Under the pieces are notes generated by a model. The model was not told the DNA's origin and did not search any database. It was given only the letters and a program-made list of their open reading frames with translations. Position numbers and translations under genes: made by a program. A stretch of 64,000 nucleotides of DNA from Amoebidium appalachense (taxonomy: Eukaryota > Protista > Ichthyosporea): positions 15,991,840-16,055,839 of the forward strand of contig CAVNZM010000001.1 in the NCBI GenBank assembly GCA_963693365.1, read 5' to 3'. Below are positions 1-13,617 of this stretch, one piece after another (positions within the stretch are counted from its first letter, which is position 1; each line of letters opens with the position of its first letter).

Positions 1-1272
1 TAAAAATTATTTGTTGCAAAATATTTTGAAATATTTTTTAAATATATATTACAACAAATACCTTGATAAGGTGCTTATACTTCTAAGAACTTCTGTGTCA
101 AGCAGCCCACCTAATCTTGGAGGCTAAGGGGCTCACAAGATCTGCAGATTCTCCAATCACAGCCTGGAAGGAATTGCTGCGGCCAATCAAAGCGTGGCTG
201 AAACCGGTTTGGGGCAGGCGGGCAAATATCGGGTTATCGCTCTTTTGATTGGCTGCCCTGTTCGTTTTTGAAATTAGGTAATAACCACGAGGGTGCTCAA
301 GGGAATTTTTAGATCGGCAATTTCTCTCGAATAAACAGCTGTTATAAGAAAGATATAATTGGCTAAAGTTGAATTTATAAGAGTCATGTAAATCCTAAGA
401 AAGCGCCAGACGGTCGGTCAAAGGGTACCGATTTGTGTTGAGAAGCTTTCAGTTTTTTTAGCACCATTGAAGCATAAAATAATCCCAAAAAGTTTGTTGA
501 TCAGTCAAACAAGAACCAAAAAAACGCACTGCATTCCAATTTGCTACTGTTAGAAGAGATTCCAGCTTGGCTCAGCGCCAAGAACCTTCTTCAAAATCAC
601 GAGCACAAAGTACCGATTTTAAGATGACGGAATCCTCGGTAGGTATTCGCACCGCCAACGAGCTATAAAAGGTCGCATCCGATAAGCAAATCGGCATTTT
701 TTTTAGCCTTCCAGGTTCCTTGTTTAGCACCCGAAGTTGTGGCGGAGCACTCCGTTTGCTAGCGTATTCTCTCCTCTTGCGTTTGTAGCCCACAGAGGGT
801 ATCAAAGACCAGGTGGCGAGACAGCGTGCGGGGGTGACTTCGCACGGTCCGAGTTCGCCACGTTGACGAAGTAAGTTTTGAAGCTCATGGCATGGGCTCC
901 TGTAATGATCTGGTGTCAGTGGATGGTTTGTCCTCGCCCTATCAACCCGCCCTTGGTTGGCTTGCTTGAAGTTTTTCGCTGGTGAGAACACGGCACTGGA
1001 AAAACCGGGTGTATTTTGATTATTTTCTTTGTTTGCTTGTGAGGGGACCCTGGGATGTGTGCGCAGATCTAAGGTGTATGGACCTCAGCGAAGTTGCCCA
1101 AGCTTACCAACAGCTACTCCTAAAAGAGTACTAGCATGGCTTAGTTTATGCACGTTCGTTACTAGAGCACGGTACTCTCTTACTGCGGGGCCCGCGGGCT
1201 TGGCACCATAAACTTTGTGTATCCACCCAACATCTACTAACCCCCTCTACGTTGGTATTCACAGGTTGTCAA

Positions 1273-2726
1273 ATGTTTAAAGTAACCGGGCTTGCCCACG
1301 CTTCCAACCTCGCTGAGGTAGACGACGGTGGCCCGCTGTTTGTTTTCATTCACACCTGACGCTCTTGAGGGTTCCTTTGAGTCGAATTACAGTACATGCA
1401 ACACAACGCAAACATGCTTCTCCCGACATTTTTGGGGGCGCCAGCTGTCCAGACAGCTCTGACCACCGTTGTGAAGGTGTCGTATGTCGCTGCACGGGGG
1501 CTGTATATGGGTCGGCTAGCCGGTGAGCGATTCGCAAAGCTATCACTGGCAGAAGACAACACTGCCGATAACACCCCCTCTATCCTCTCTCCTTTCCCTG
1601 AGAGCCTGCGTGACCGTGCCAAGCCGGATCCCCGTCGACAAAACGAGAAGAACCTTATTTCGGAGTTGCTTACACACTTCAAACAGACCTCAGAGGTCCG
1701 TCAGTATCTGAAGTACTTTGGGAGCGTCGACTCTCCGGACAAGTTTGCCATCATCCGTTTCTCGGGTGATGTGCTCAACAACAGGGAGCATCTTGCTCAG
1801 ACAGCCTCGGCTCTTTCTTTCCTCCAACGGGTTGGCCTGCTCCCTATTGTGGTGCACGGGGCTGGTTTGTTCACTGGTCGTCGCAGCCAGAATGTGGACC
1901 AGGTGATGGGGGGGCAAAAAAAAAAAATGAGATTTTCTTGCTTTTCTGCTGCGTTTGTCGCCTGTGTTTCTAAGGAAATTTGGGGGGGAGAAGCAAGGTT
2001 AGAACTGGAAGATATCATGGCAGAGTTGCAAGTGAGTCGACAGTTTTAGGGTCCTTTGGAACCAGTGCCTAAGGAAGAGAATGAAAACCGGGTGGGGTGT
2101 GTGGTGTGTTTGGGCGGGGGGAGGGGTGGGGGATGTAGGAATTTTGAGGTACAAATATGGCTTTCTTGGAAGTACGTTTGGTTGTCGCAGAGGGGAAGAG
2201 GGGGGGGAGGGAAGGGGGCTCGACAGTCTATACACACTTGGAAGTATGTTTGGTGTCTGCAGGGGAAGGGGGGGGGGGGGGGGGGGGGGGGGGCAGTTTA
2301 CACACACAAGTATGATATCTGACTTGTGTTGTCTACGTGCAGGTGGCGCAGTCTGGCACTGCGGAAGCTGCACTGCAGGCAGCACAGCACTACATGGAGG
2401 CCGTGAATGCAGCCCTTGTGGCCGAACTGCGCATGCTCGGGGTCGAGGCTGCCCCCCTGCGTGAAAAGGTCTTTGGTGTCACTGCCGTTGACTCCTCCAC
2501 CACGTCGCAGTGGGCGGGCATCACTGGTGCCATTGAGAGTGTGGACATGAAGACCATCAGTGTCAACATCAAGGCCGGCCGTATCCCCGTGGTAGCCAGC
2601 ATGGGCAGGGTTGCTGAGGGCGAGCGCAAGGGCAGTGTGCTGACATTCAGCACCTGGGACGCAACAACCGCCCTAGCAAAGAAGATTCAGCCACTCAAGG
2701 TTGGTCTTCGTCTCATCCGCTCCCAG

Positions 2727-2772
<46 letters not shown>

Positions 2773-2989
2773 CCTCCCCTCCCCCCCGACGGGTCCAAGC
2801 TGCCCTGGCTGTCTTGCACAACCCATTCTAATGCATGGTGCCCAATGCCCCTTCCCCCCACCCCCTCCCCCCTCTCTCCCTATCCCCCCATATAAAATGC
2901 AGATTATGGGCCGGCAGAAGGGGGGGGGCTCTTTCGGTCAGTTTTGCTCTGAGCATCCCATTTCTCGACTTGGTACTGCTATTGGGGTT

Positions 2990-3030
<41 letters not shown>

Positions 3031-3997
3031 CTTGGCCTTTTTGTCTGTCTGTCTGTTTGTTTGTTTGTTTGTTTGTTGTTGCCAGCACATTTTAACCTGT
3101 GCTTATCCCACACAGGTGATCATGCTTCGCCCAGAGGGGAACCTCTGTGACGAGAACGGCGAGAAGATCAGCCGTGTGACCCTGACCACCGACTACGACC
3201 ACCTCATGGGCTTCCACCCTGCCACCCCCTCTTCGTCTCCATCACCAACCACGACCCCCGCACCTTCCTCACCTACGGAAACCGAGAGCGCCCCGCGCCT
3301 GTGTGCACGTGACAAACAGGAGCTTCAAGACATCAAATCTCTGTTCGAGGTGCTCAAGCCAGGCACGACTGTTGCCGTAACAAACCCGGCCAACCTTGCC
3401 AAGGAGCTCTTCACCCACAAGGGGGCAGGAACTTTGGTATCCAAGGGCGAGCAGGTGTGGCGCATCCCCACCCTGAAGGACCCCAGGGTCGACACGGCAC
3501 ATTTGGCATCTCTTCTGGAGGAGGTCTTCAAAGCAAAACTGGCACCTGCATTCATGCCTGGTCTCCCCGACCGACTGTGGCAGCTGTACCTGGCCGAGAG
3601 CTACCGTGGGGTTGCTGTAGTGACCAAGGGCCCACGAGGTATTGCCTACTTGGACAAGTTTGCCGTCCACCCGACCGCACAGGGAGACAAACTTGGCGAG
3701 TTGGTGTGGCAGGCAATGGTCCGCAACGAGAAGAAGCTGTTCTGGCGGTCCCGCTCGGCAAACCCTGTCAACGCATGGTACTTTGAGCAGGCGCACGGCG
3801 CGTACAAGGCTGGATACTGGACGGTGTTTTGGCGTGGATTGAATGACGAGGAGATTATGGAATGTGTTAAAGATGCTCTTTCCTACCCGGCTACGTTTGC
3901 GCCAAAGTCTGCTCCCCTTGCTGGGGTACAGCCTGGGTTTCTGCCACCGGCTACCAGTGAGGGCGCTGCCCAGGCTACACTTGGTTCGTTAAAGTAG
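1273..3997 (+). CDS. NAGS: N-acetylglutamate synthase (amino-acid-kinase-like domain + C-terminal NAT/DUF619 domain), 4 exons
   Basis: Exons 1273-1317, 1393-1902, 2343-2699, 3116-3997, all GT-AG and phase 0. AAK-like motifs FAIIRFSGDVL, LSFLQRVGLLPIVVHGAG, LAKKIQPLKVI and ELFTHKGAGT. NAT motifs YLDKFAV, LFWRSR and NAWYF. The short first exon is the least certain; the ATG at 1396 is an alternative start. Confidence 0.9.
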
Positions 3998-4308
3998 GGG
4001 TATGTGTTGTGAATGATACGTAGTTGTAGTCGAAAGTTTCTGAACTGGTAATCGTAGTTTTGCACCAACACTCGTGGTGTGGTGGTTCTTGTATGAATTA
4101 TACTTTCTCGTGAGTGTGAGAAAACGAAGATATTTTAGAAGAATGACCGACTGACCGATTAACTTTCAGACAGATCAAGTCTTTCAAACCTTTTGTGACT
4201 GTGAGCAAAATGATGATAGCTTTTTGGTGTTGCTTGGAGCACATCCAAATACACTTTTTTGTGATGATGGACTGGCTCTTCCCCCCTCTCCCTCCCCTCC
4301 CCAAAACG

Positions 4309-4930
4309 CAATTGATGACTTGGGCCCTCCCTGAGGATGGGCTCTGCTTATGACGCATACTGTGCGCATGGCTGATGTTGCATACTTGAATGTTTGCCCT
4401 TGCAGGTGTCCTGCACCATGCTTCTCATCATGTATGCGTACTTCGTACCGTGTTGCGCATTCAAACCCCCCCCCCCAGTCTTCTTTCAGAAGTGTCTTTC
4501 AGGACAGACCACTGTGTGGAGACATCTTTACTTCCATGCAACCGGGCATGGTTGCTCTGTGTCGTGCATCTGTAAGCACATACACATTTTTCGCTGCACT
4601 GCATTAGTTTGCACACACATCTTCACCGTTTTGCTCACCTTGCTTGCATAAGCCACCCTGCTCGTCTTTGATCAAGACGGTTTAAGCCTCCCAAGTTCAG
4701 TTGATGCTGCTGTCTGAGCTGGAGCGCCGTATGTACGCGGGCTAAGGGGTCGAAACTCAGGAGCAATTGATGACTTGGGCCCTCCCTGATCAGATGGGCT
4801 CTGCTTATGACGCATACTGTGCGCATGGCTGATGTTGCATACTTGCATGAATGTTTGCCCTTGCATGTGTCCTGCACCATGCTTCTCATCATGTATGCGT
4901 ACTTTGTACCGTGTTCCGCATTCAACCCCC
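4309..4930 (+). repeat. Two copies (about 4309-4470 and 4748-4930) of a dispersed ~170-bp repeat family
   Basis: Shared GATGACTTGGGCCCTCCCTGA..GATGGGCTCTGCTTATGACGCATAC...GTACTT(C/T)GTACCGTGTT..GCATTCAA followed by a C-run. Diverged copies at about 15020-15180 (-) and 33861-34010 (+). Confidence 0.75.
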
Positions 4931-4952
4931 CCCCCCCCCCCCCTCCCCCCCC

Positions 4953-4984
<32 letters not shown>

Positions 4985-5477
4985 CCCTCCACTCCCCCCT
5001 TCCCCCTCCCCTTACAAGTGAGATTTGCTTGTGCGTTTTGCAATATGCCTTGTGCAATCTTACCCTCCTCCCCCCCCCCCCCCCCCCCCTCTCCCATCCC
5101 ACTGTGCCCTCCCCCCCCCCCCCCCCCCTGCCCTCCACTCCCCCCTTCCCCCTCCCCTTACAAGTGAGATTTGCTTGTGCGTTTTGCAATATGCCTTGTG
5201 CAATCTTACCCTTCCCCCCCCCCCCCCCCCCCGGCCCCTCCGCCCCCCGCCCCCGGCTCTGTCCCCCCCCCTCCGCCCTCCGCCCCCCCTCCCCCCCCCC
5301 CCCCCCCCCCCCCCCCCCGGGAGCTCCCTGGGCTGGGTTCCCCCCGAGGCGCTCCCCAACTTGCTGACCGTAGAATGTTCGGGGTCACCGGGTAGGTCCA
5401 ACCCCCCCCCCCACCCCCCACCCCCCCTTGTTGGGAAAGGAGGGACCCATGGCTTTGACCGGTGGGGTACTACGGGT

Positions 5478-5508
<31 letters not shown>

Positions 5509-5812
5509 TCTTCCATCTTTGAACTTGATCACCAAGTTTATTGATATCACTAAATAAGTTATCATATTCCCTTCGTTTGGCAGCGCCCGATATATATCGA
5601 TAATTTTTGATTAGGCCACTGGCAGATAGTAATGCCTTACAACCTTTGTTGTAGTAACATGGACACAACATAAGAGATAGTGCTTCTGCGACCGTCGTCA
5701 CTAATAATAGTACCGTGTGCCATGATGCATGAGACGCCCGTGTGTGAAGTCCCCTCCCCCCCTCCGGATTTTCTCCTTCCCACCCCTCCCCTCCCATCCC
5801 ACTCTGTGCCCT

Positions 5813-5863
<51 letters not shown>

Positions 5864-6192
5864 CCCTGTCCCCCCCCCTCCGCCCTCCGCCCTCCCCCCC
5901 TCCACCCCCCCCTCCCCCCCCCCCCAAAAAAAAAAAAAAAAAAAAACCTCCCGAATCCGGCCCGCCCATTCCCCTGCCCCTCCCCCATTCCCCCCCCCTC
6001 CTCCCCCCCCCCCCCCCCCAAAAAAAAAAATGATAATAAAAAATATAAATAAAGTAGTAATACTAGCAAAAGAAAGAAGCTTTGGCAAAAATGATAACCG
6101 CCACCACTTCTCAATGGCTGAATAAACCCACTGTTAGAAAGAACAATGAACACAATCTACATTTTGATACCGTGACTGTCATAATGACACAC

Positions 6193-6238
<46 letters not shown>

Positions 6239-6534
6239 ACACACACACACACGTACACACAACAGACAAGATTGAAGGAACGTCCAGCGCCCACAACTGC
6301 GCCGTCAAGAGCACATGCACCAACACCGCTGGATCCTTCGCTTGTGCCTGCAACAGCGATCTCACTGGAGATGGAGTCAGTTGTGCATCAGCTACTGATG
6401 TGAATGAATTTACATTGGGACACACACGTGTAGTCCCCAGGCTACGAGCGTGAACACGGAGGGGTTGTTCACGTGCGCGTGCAACGGCGGTTACGCGGGG
6501 AGCGGCGTCACATGCACCGCTCTTGGTATGTGTG

Positions 6535-6583
<49 letters not shown>

Positions 6584-7059
6584 TGTGCGTGTTTGTGTGT
6601 GTGTGTGTGTGTGCACCAATCGGTCGACTAAATTTTGTTCCACAAGATAAATTTTCTTGAACCTTGTACGGGTGTGTGTGTGTTTGTGTGTGTGTGTTGT
6701 GTGTATGTGTATGTGTGTATGCTCGTACGCACATGCATGGACGTGTGTGTGCGAGCCTGTCTGTCTGACTGGCTGGATGTCTGCTTGTGTCTGTCTGTGT
6801 GTGTGTTCCTGTCAGTCCGCCTGCCTGTATGCATCTGTCCGTCATGTATGTGACTGTGTCAGAATGAGTGCCTATGCACGCACGTCCTTGAATTAGATGC
6901 TGAGGGCAGAGATATGGAGTTGAATATAGGGAAGAATTGATATGACAGTTAGGAGGTGGTGGTGGATGTGAGGAAGAGGTGATGAATGTTTCGGCCCCGG
7001 GGGAGGGGGGGGGGGGGGGGGGGGGGGGGGATAGCCAGAGCAAGAGACGACGACTGGTA

Positions 7060-7240
7060 GGAGAATGTGATAGACACGAGGAAGAGGGGATGAAGTTTAG
7101 TAGGTGGTGATAGATACGAGGGGAAGGTTATGACTGTTTGATAGATACGAGGAAGAGGGGATGAATGTTGGACTCCGGGGTCACGGGTGATAGATACGAA
7201 AAAAAGCCTGTTGAGAGGGTGTGATAGATACGAGATGATC
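7060..7240. repeat. Degenerate minisatellite, core (G/T)TGATAGA(T/C)ACGA
   Basis: Five cores at about 7067, 7108, 7138, 7187 and 7221, two of them followed by GGAAGAGGGGATGAA. Confidence 0.65.
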
Positions 7241-7302
7241 ACGTTGATGAGTGTTAGGAGGTCGTGATGGATATGAGAAAGAGGTGCAGGCAAGTGGAAA
7301 GC

Positions 7303-7337
7303 CACGGCCATCTAGAAGGTGTTTCTAGATGGCCGTG
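7303..7337. mobile_element. 35-bp minimal TIR DNA-transposon remnant with 9-bp TSD
   Basis: CACGGCCATCTAGAA-GGTGT-TTCTAGATGGCCGTG is a perfect 15-bp inverted repeat, flanked on both sides by GTGGAAAGC (7294-7302 and 7338-7346). Confidence 0.85.
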
Positions 7338-7988
7338 GTGGAAAGCATATCCAAACGGTGATGGGAATCTGTACCAGTGCATATATACACTGCAACCACG
7401 CAAAGTGGTGACACTCGCGCCTTGGCATTGACACACACACATGCACATGATACACACGTGTCTACGTCACTCGCATCCGTTAAACAACCCCCCCCCCCCC
7501 CCCCCCCCCCCCCTCCCTTCTCCCTTTCTGCCCACCTTCAACCCACACAACCAGCACTAATTACCGATATTTCCCACCCACCCACCCATCAGACCTCGAT
7601 GAATGTGCCACACAAGCACACAACTGCATTGCGGATGCAACAGGTGCAAACACCAACGGGTCCTACACGTGCACGTGCAACGTCGGTTTCCCAAGGCAAC
7701 GGGCTCACGTGCACAGACACGGACGAGTGTGCACTCAAGTCACACATGTGTGCTGTCAAGGCTACTTGCCAGAACGTTGATGGTTCGTTTGCTTGCCCAT
7801 GCAATAGTGGATATATTGGTGACGGTGTGACATGCCAGGTTGACGGTATGTTGACTCAAAATGTTTATCAAATATCACTCCCCCCCCCCTCCCCCACTTG
7901 ACAACTCACCTCTTGCTCCCCCCCCCCCCCAAAAAAAAAATAAAAATAAAAATAAAAATAAAAAAATAAAAAAATAAAACGACACATA

Positions 7989-8029
<41 letters not shown>

Positions 8030-8030
8030 G

Positions 8031-8065
<35 letters not shown>

Positions 8066-8931
8066 TGGCATACACACAGTTCCACATCACCACCCAGTAA
8101 AGTTGCATGAACAAGGTGTAAAAATCGACAAGATGGACCAACAAAACTCTATCTTCTTCAATCTCCCACGGCGGCCCCCCCTAAGATCTGTAAAGTGAGC
8201 AGTGCCACAGTGACGGTGGATGGGGGTCACCACTACCTGACTCCGAGTCCAATGCAGTCTTACATCTGTCACCTTGGCCAGATATTCACTTAATTATCTT
8301 TGTCAATGAAAAAAGCTATCACGTTGCATCTGTGAAAACTTTCAAAGAAGAGCATTACTGAGCCCTTTCCCCTTCCTCCTCCCCACCCCGCCTCCCCTTC
8401 CCCTTCCCCCCCCTCCGCCTCCCTCCTCTCCTCCGGGCCCCTTCCCCACCCTTCCTCCCCCCTCCCCCTCCCTCCCTGCTCCCCCACCACCTCCCCCAAC
8501 CGGGGGACCCCGTTGCACCCCCTCATCCGGTTTCCTTCAATCCCCACAGGCACGATCCAATCCAATAGTGTGGTCACACCTGCTACTTCTCTCACTCCAC
8601 GTGTGTCAGCACTACCGCACCCTTCAAGGCCCAAATGGGAAATGTGGGTATTCAGGGTTATCTGTCTGCCAAGGCGCGTGTACTGTTTCCTGACGGAGAT
8701 GCGGGTGACGGGGGTTACTGCCTTCAGGTACGTGTGTGTGTGTGTGTGTGTGTGTGTGCACGTGTGGCCCAGTGGTGTGTGTGTGTGTGGGGGGGCGGGG
8801 GGGGGGGGGGGGGGGGGGGGTAAGGTGTGTATGTAGGGGGGGGGGGGGGAGGGGGGGCAGGGGGGTGAGGGGAGGGGGGAAGGGGCAAGGTGTGTGTGTG
8901 TGTGTGTGTGTACGTGTGTGTGTGTGTGTAC

Positions 8932-8978
<47 letters not shown>

Positions 8979-10566
8979 CTTATGTGTGTGTGTGTGTGTG
9001 TGTCTGTGCCCGGCAGGGTATCTGTGTTTGTCACAGTGTGTGTATGTTTGTTATGGCTGTGTTTGCGCGTCCGTATGCTGCGTGCGTGGAAGGGATTCCC
9101 CTCCCCCCCTCCCCCTTCTCCCCCCCCCCCCCCCCCCCCCACCCACCCTAGTACCTCACCCCACCCCCCACTCCAACCCACCCCACGGGTATTATTAAAT
9201 CGCAGAAATAATGACACCCAAAATTTGAATTCAGGCTCCTAGACCATCACGTACATGGACCCCATTCGTTCATGGACATTGCATCTCTTCAGATTTATGA
9301 TGTAGGATCATAAACCCACACAAACCACAATCACCCACCCATACCACCCATCCACCCACCATCACGCTTCAGTGCTCACCCACCCACGAAACCCACAGGC
9401 CATGTCATTGACGTTTGGCCGCCAACAGTACAGCTGCAGCCACCCGCCCAGCAACCTGACCCTCTCCTATGACGGCACATCAACTCTCACCATCACCGGA
9501 ACCGCTGTGCGCTGCACCGGCCTTTTTACCGCCAGTGAATGCGCCGCTCATGTTGCCAGCGGTGTCGGTGTATGCATCGTTTCTTTCTCGTATCCCGTTT
9601 CCGCCGTCAACGGAACACTGCGTAACATTGACCCGAACAATAGGGGTGGGGGCACGATCACGTGTTTGACGGAGGCAGTGCAATACAGCGGGAAGCCCGA
9701 CACATACACGTTGGCGTAGTGATTCTGACACCGGGCACAACGCTGATATGGCGCTTGGTGATTGGCTGTTTAATGCGTACTGCATTTAATGTCATGAAGT
9801 GGCTTGTCTCTCTTGGGGGTGGTTCACGTGGTTGTGCACGTGTAGCGCAAGTGGATATCAGTTTGAGAGAAACAAGATGCCATCCACACAGGCGGCGCTA
9901 CAGTACTGTAACTCCTGAGATGAGAAGTGCACTGTTGTGACGCATAAAGGTGCACCCATGTTGAACGTGATTGGCTGGGAAATTTCAAAGTTTACTTAAC
10001 TTAGTCACGGATCATTAATTGGTCTGGAGTAAGTAATTGAGAAAGGACATGCATATTGGTTGTTGTGCATATGCCAGGGTTGGGTAACAACGATAACATG
10101 AGCACAGGCTAAAGGCGATTACCCTGGGCTGAGCGTTTCAAATAGATAGTAAGTAGGACTGGCAAGTTCCCTGTGTTAACTTGACTGATTTTTAGCAAAA
10201 CTACTATTAGCTAGGGTACAGTCGATGCTTACATACATAGTGGAAGACGGTAGTTCTCATGAGCTCCGACGGGGAACTTCCGGAAACAAAACGGGATTGA
10301 AAAAATAAACTCAAAATGAGCACACACATCATTAGTTGTTGTTTTGATACTTAGGCGGATCACAAGGATAAACGCACAGCCAGTTAGTGCCGACGTTATT
10401 CTGGCCATGGTGTGACTTGCATGAGCTGTGTTCAGACATAGCACCGTATGGGACACACAACCACATCTGCAGATATGACGCCCGGCCGAAGCTATCGTTT
10501 CTTTTTAAGTTTTGGAGCTCGTTGTATTGGTTCTGCGGTTTGGTATGTGACTGTACTGGGGGGTCT

Positions 10567-10597
<31 letters not shown>

Positions 10598-10732
10598 AGA
10601 AGGAGGGGAGGGGAAGGAAGGGAAAGGAAACGGGCGGAGGAGGAGGAGAAAAATGGAGGGAGAGGGGAAAGTGTCAGAAAGAGGGGGTGGATGGGGGGGG
10701 GGGTGGGAGGGGGGAGGAGGGGGAGGGGAGGG

Positions 10733-10769
<37 letters not shown>

Positions 10770-11075
10770 ACAGGTATTTCACGTTGCACGGGATATGCCT
10801 ACCTTTTGTTTTAGCTTTTTTTATCATATTCCTAGTTTTTTTTAATTGCTTTTATTCTGAGTTTTTACGGTGCTGGATGACATATAATACCACATTTTTT
10901 TTTAATTTTTTTTTATCCCGTTTTGTTCCCGGAGGTACCCCTGGGGGCCCTCAGGGGGAACTACCGTCTTCCATCCAACACCGACAGTACTCTAGCTAGG
11001 GTGTCATATAATACCGCAACCAGGATTTTTTTTGCACCACCGCTAATAGAGAGTGTAACCCGCCTCCCTCCCCCC

Positions 11076-11114
<39 letters not shown>

Positions 11115-11243
11115 CCCCCAACACACACACACACCTGCCCACCGGCCCTCACAACACACCTTGCAACAAACAAACGTGACACGAACACACACACAGTCAT
11201 ACACACGCACGCACGCACACACACACACACACACACCGCACAC

Positions 11244-11276
<33 letters not shown>

Positions 11277-11499
11277 GTTGAAAAGAGCACTGTGACACCG
11301 GCTGTCTCACGAAACCATGCGTAGAACGTTTATAATGTGTGTTCGTGTGTGTTATGTGTGCCGCAAGTGTGACAGTGTCTGTGATTGTGAATGATTAATT
11401 GGTGCAAGTGTTTTTCAAGTGTATCACAATTGCATGCATGGTACAGTATCTCGCGTACTATTTTAGAAATCCCCCCCCCCCCCCCCCCCCTTCCCCTCT

Positions 11500-11505
11500 A
11501 AGTCT

Positions 11506-11547
<42 letters not shown>

Positions 11548-11603
11548 CTCCCCCCCCACCCACCCACCCTTCCCCCCTCTAGTCTCCGCCCCCCCACCCT
11601 AGG

Positions 11604-11693
<90 letters not shown>

Positions 11694-11784
11694 CCCCCCA
11701 CCCACCCACCCTTCCCCCCCTATGTCTCCCCCCCCCCCCCTCTCTCTCTCCCTCTCTCTCTCTAGCTCTCCCTCTCTCTCTCTC

Positions 11785-11821
<37 letters not shown>

Positions 11822-11862
11822 CCCCCCCCCCCCCCCCCCTCTCTCTCTCCCTCTCTCTCTCT
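11500..11862. repeat. (CT)n microsatellite cluster interleaved with poly-C
   Basis: Several long (CT)n runs, the longest at about 11605-11690. Confidence 0.95.
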
Positions 11863-12921
11863 CCGGATCCGGTTCTAATAGTACGTTAGCTAGCAGGTCA
11901 CACTTATTGATAGATATGCATCCGCGCGAGTAAACCGCCCCAAAGTTTCCCAACACATAATACACATACGAGCACTGGACACCAGAAACCAACCGATTAC
12001 AACGCCAAGGCATGATCATCTTTGCGTTGTTATGTCACTAAGTCGTTCAGAATGGCGCTGGGCAACTCAATACTAGTGGCCGGGGCATGGCCGAGCGGTT
12101 CCGCGGCCCCTGCGCACGCAACGTTTTCGCAGCTCTCTACAAAGGGAGCCATTCGCTTGCCAAAAATAAGAACATGTGTGCATGAGTGTAAGAAACAGTG
12201 ATATTTCATTATATTACTGACATAGCTACATAGGGTACTTATAATAAACTGTGTATGTCTCGCTGTATATGTGATAGTATGGTGCCGGTAGTCTGTAGCA
12301 CTCCCAAAAAAAAAAAAAAAAAAAAACTTCTTGTCGGTCGTTTACAAAAATTCTTGGATAGCACCAACCTGCCTCATCGAGATCTGTCTTGAATGGCGCA
12401 GAGAACCGACCTCAGACGTCATCAAACCAGCCTAGAGATATGCATATGATATACCATTTATATAAATAGAAATAGATAGTCGATGGATATATGTGGGTCT
12501 GGAACTTGACCCCCGGGGGGTTCTTTATGTTTTCACAAGAAAAAAAAAGGTTTTCACAAGTATTTCTTTTCTTTTGACTGGATTTATTCAAGTATTTCAG
12601 TTATTTTTGCAAAATTTGGAATTCTGAAAAAAAATTTACGTCAAAGTCGACTGCACTGAGCACGTAGAACCACCTTATTTTTGTTTTAGCACCCCTCCTT
12701 CATTGTTTTCCAAAAAAGCGCCAAATTAGGGTCAATTAGTAAAAATCTAAATTTTCAAACCAAAATCTCAAAATGTTCCTGTGGTTTTGGGGGTTTACAC
12801 ACTTTTTATTGCGTGGACACTGCCGGAGGCCCAGCCACCTTCGACGGCCTACTGCGTTTTCCAGCACAGCCAATCAAATGCAGCCAGTGACATATGTAGG
12901 TTGCACCCTCGTTTCCCAAGC

Positions 12922-12957
<36 letters not shown>

Positions 12958-13040
12958 CCCCCGCCCCCGCCCCCGCCCCCCGCCCCCGCCCAAAAATTTC
13001 GAGGTGGGAAGGGGGGGGGGGGGGGGGGGGATTTTTTTTT

Positions 13041-13082
<42 letters not shown>

Positions 13083-13617
13083 ATCCGAGTCTGCAGTGTG
13101 CTTGCCATTAATTTACGGTGTCATTATTAATAAAACAGCTGCAGCATGTGAAAGTGACCTGCAATCACTTCTACACATTATTATTATGGTATTTTGACTA
13201 CGTAATGATATCATAGGTATTAAAAAGGCGAATGTCGCATGCATGGATGTATACGTAGTGTGTGCTTGACGTGTATGTGGTTGCGTGTGTGCATGTTCAT
13301 GTGTGTGTGCCGTGTGTGTGCATTGAATGTGACAGCATACTCTACATACACCGTGACATTACAGTTAAACTGTAAGTAACATTACAATCATAAACTACCA
13401 CTCTGACATGCTGAACATTACTGGAAGTTAAATGTTACAACTAACACCTAACAAACTGATTCTTAAGTTACTGTATTGACTAAGTCTTGGCATCATGATG
13501 CCAAATCCCATACTAATCGAACCTACTAGACATGCCCTACGTTTGCCACCTGACCCCAAAGCAGCTGGCAGCCACAATAACAATTAGAAAAATAAAAAAC
13601 TACGTGGAGGGATTGGC

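Larger units (their letters stand above)
6266..9719 (+). pseudogene. Degenerate calcium-binding EGF-repeat protein gene with a non-EGF C-terminal region
   Basis: Exon-like blocks 6266-6525, 7593-7845, 8550-8727 and 9399-9719 with GT-AG ends. EGF_CA patterns HNCAVKSTCTNTAGSFACACNSDLTGDGVSC and [42 protein letters not shown]. Frameshifts near 6420, near 7692 and within the third exon, plus lost cysteines (VNEF, ATSVN, ATGAN). Confidence 0.75.

Noticed and set aside
572-991. 139-aa minus-strand ORF upstream of NAGS
   Set aside because: No recognisable motif, non-ATG start and no supporting splice structure.
4635-6153. Long Gly- or Pro-rich ORFs here and throughout the window, plus HT/CV-repeat ORFs
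   Set aside because: They are translations of poly-G/poly-C and (CA)n/(TG)n tracts that lack stop codons, with no domain content.
12079-12110. tRNA-like A box TGGCCGAGCGGTT
   Set aside because: No anticodon arm, T-arm or B box follows, so no cloverleaf can be built.
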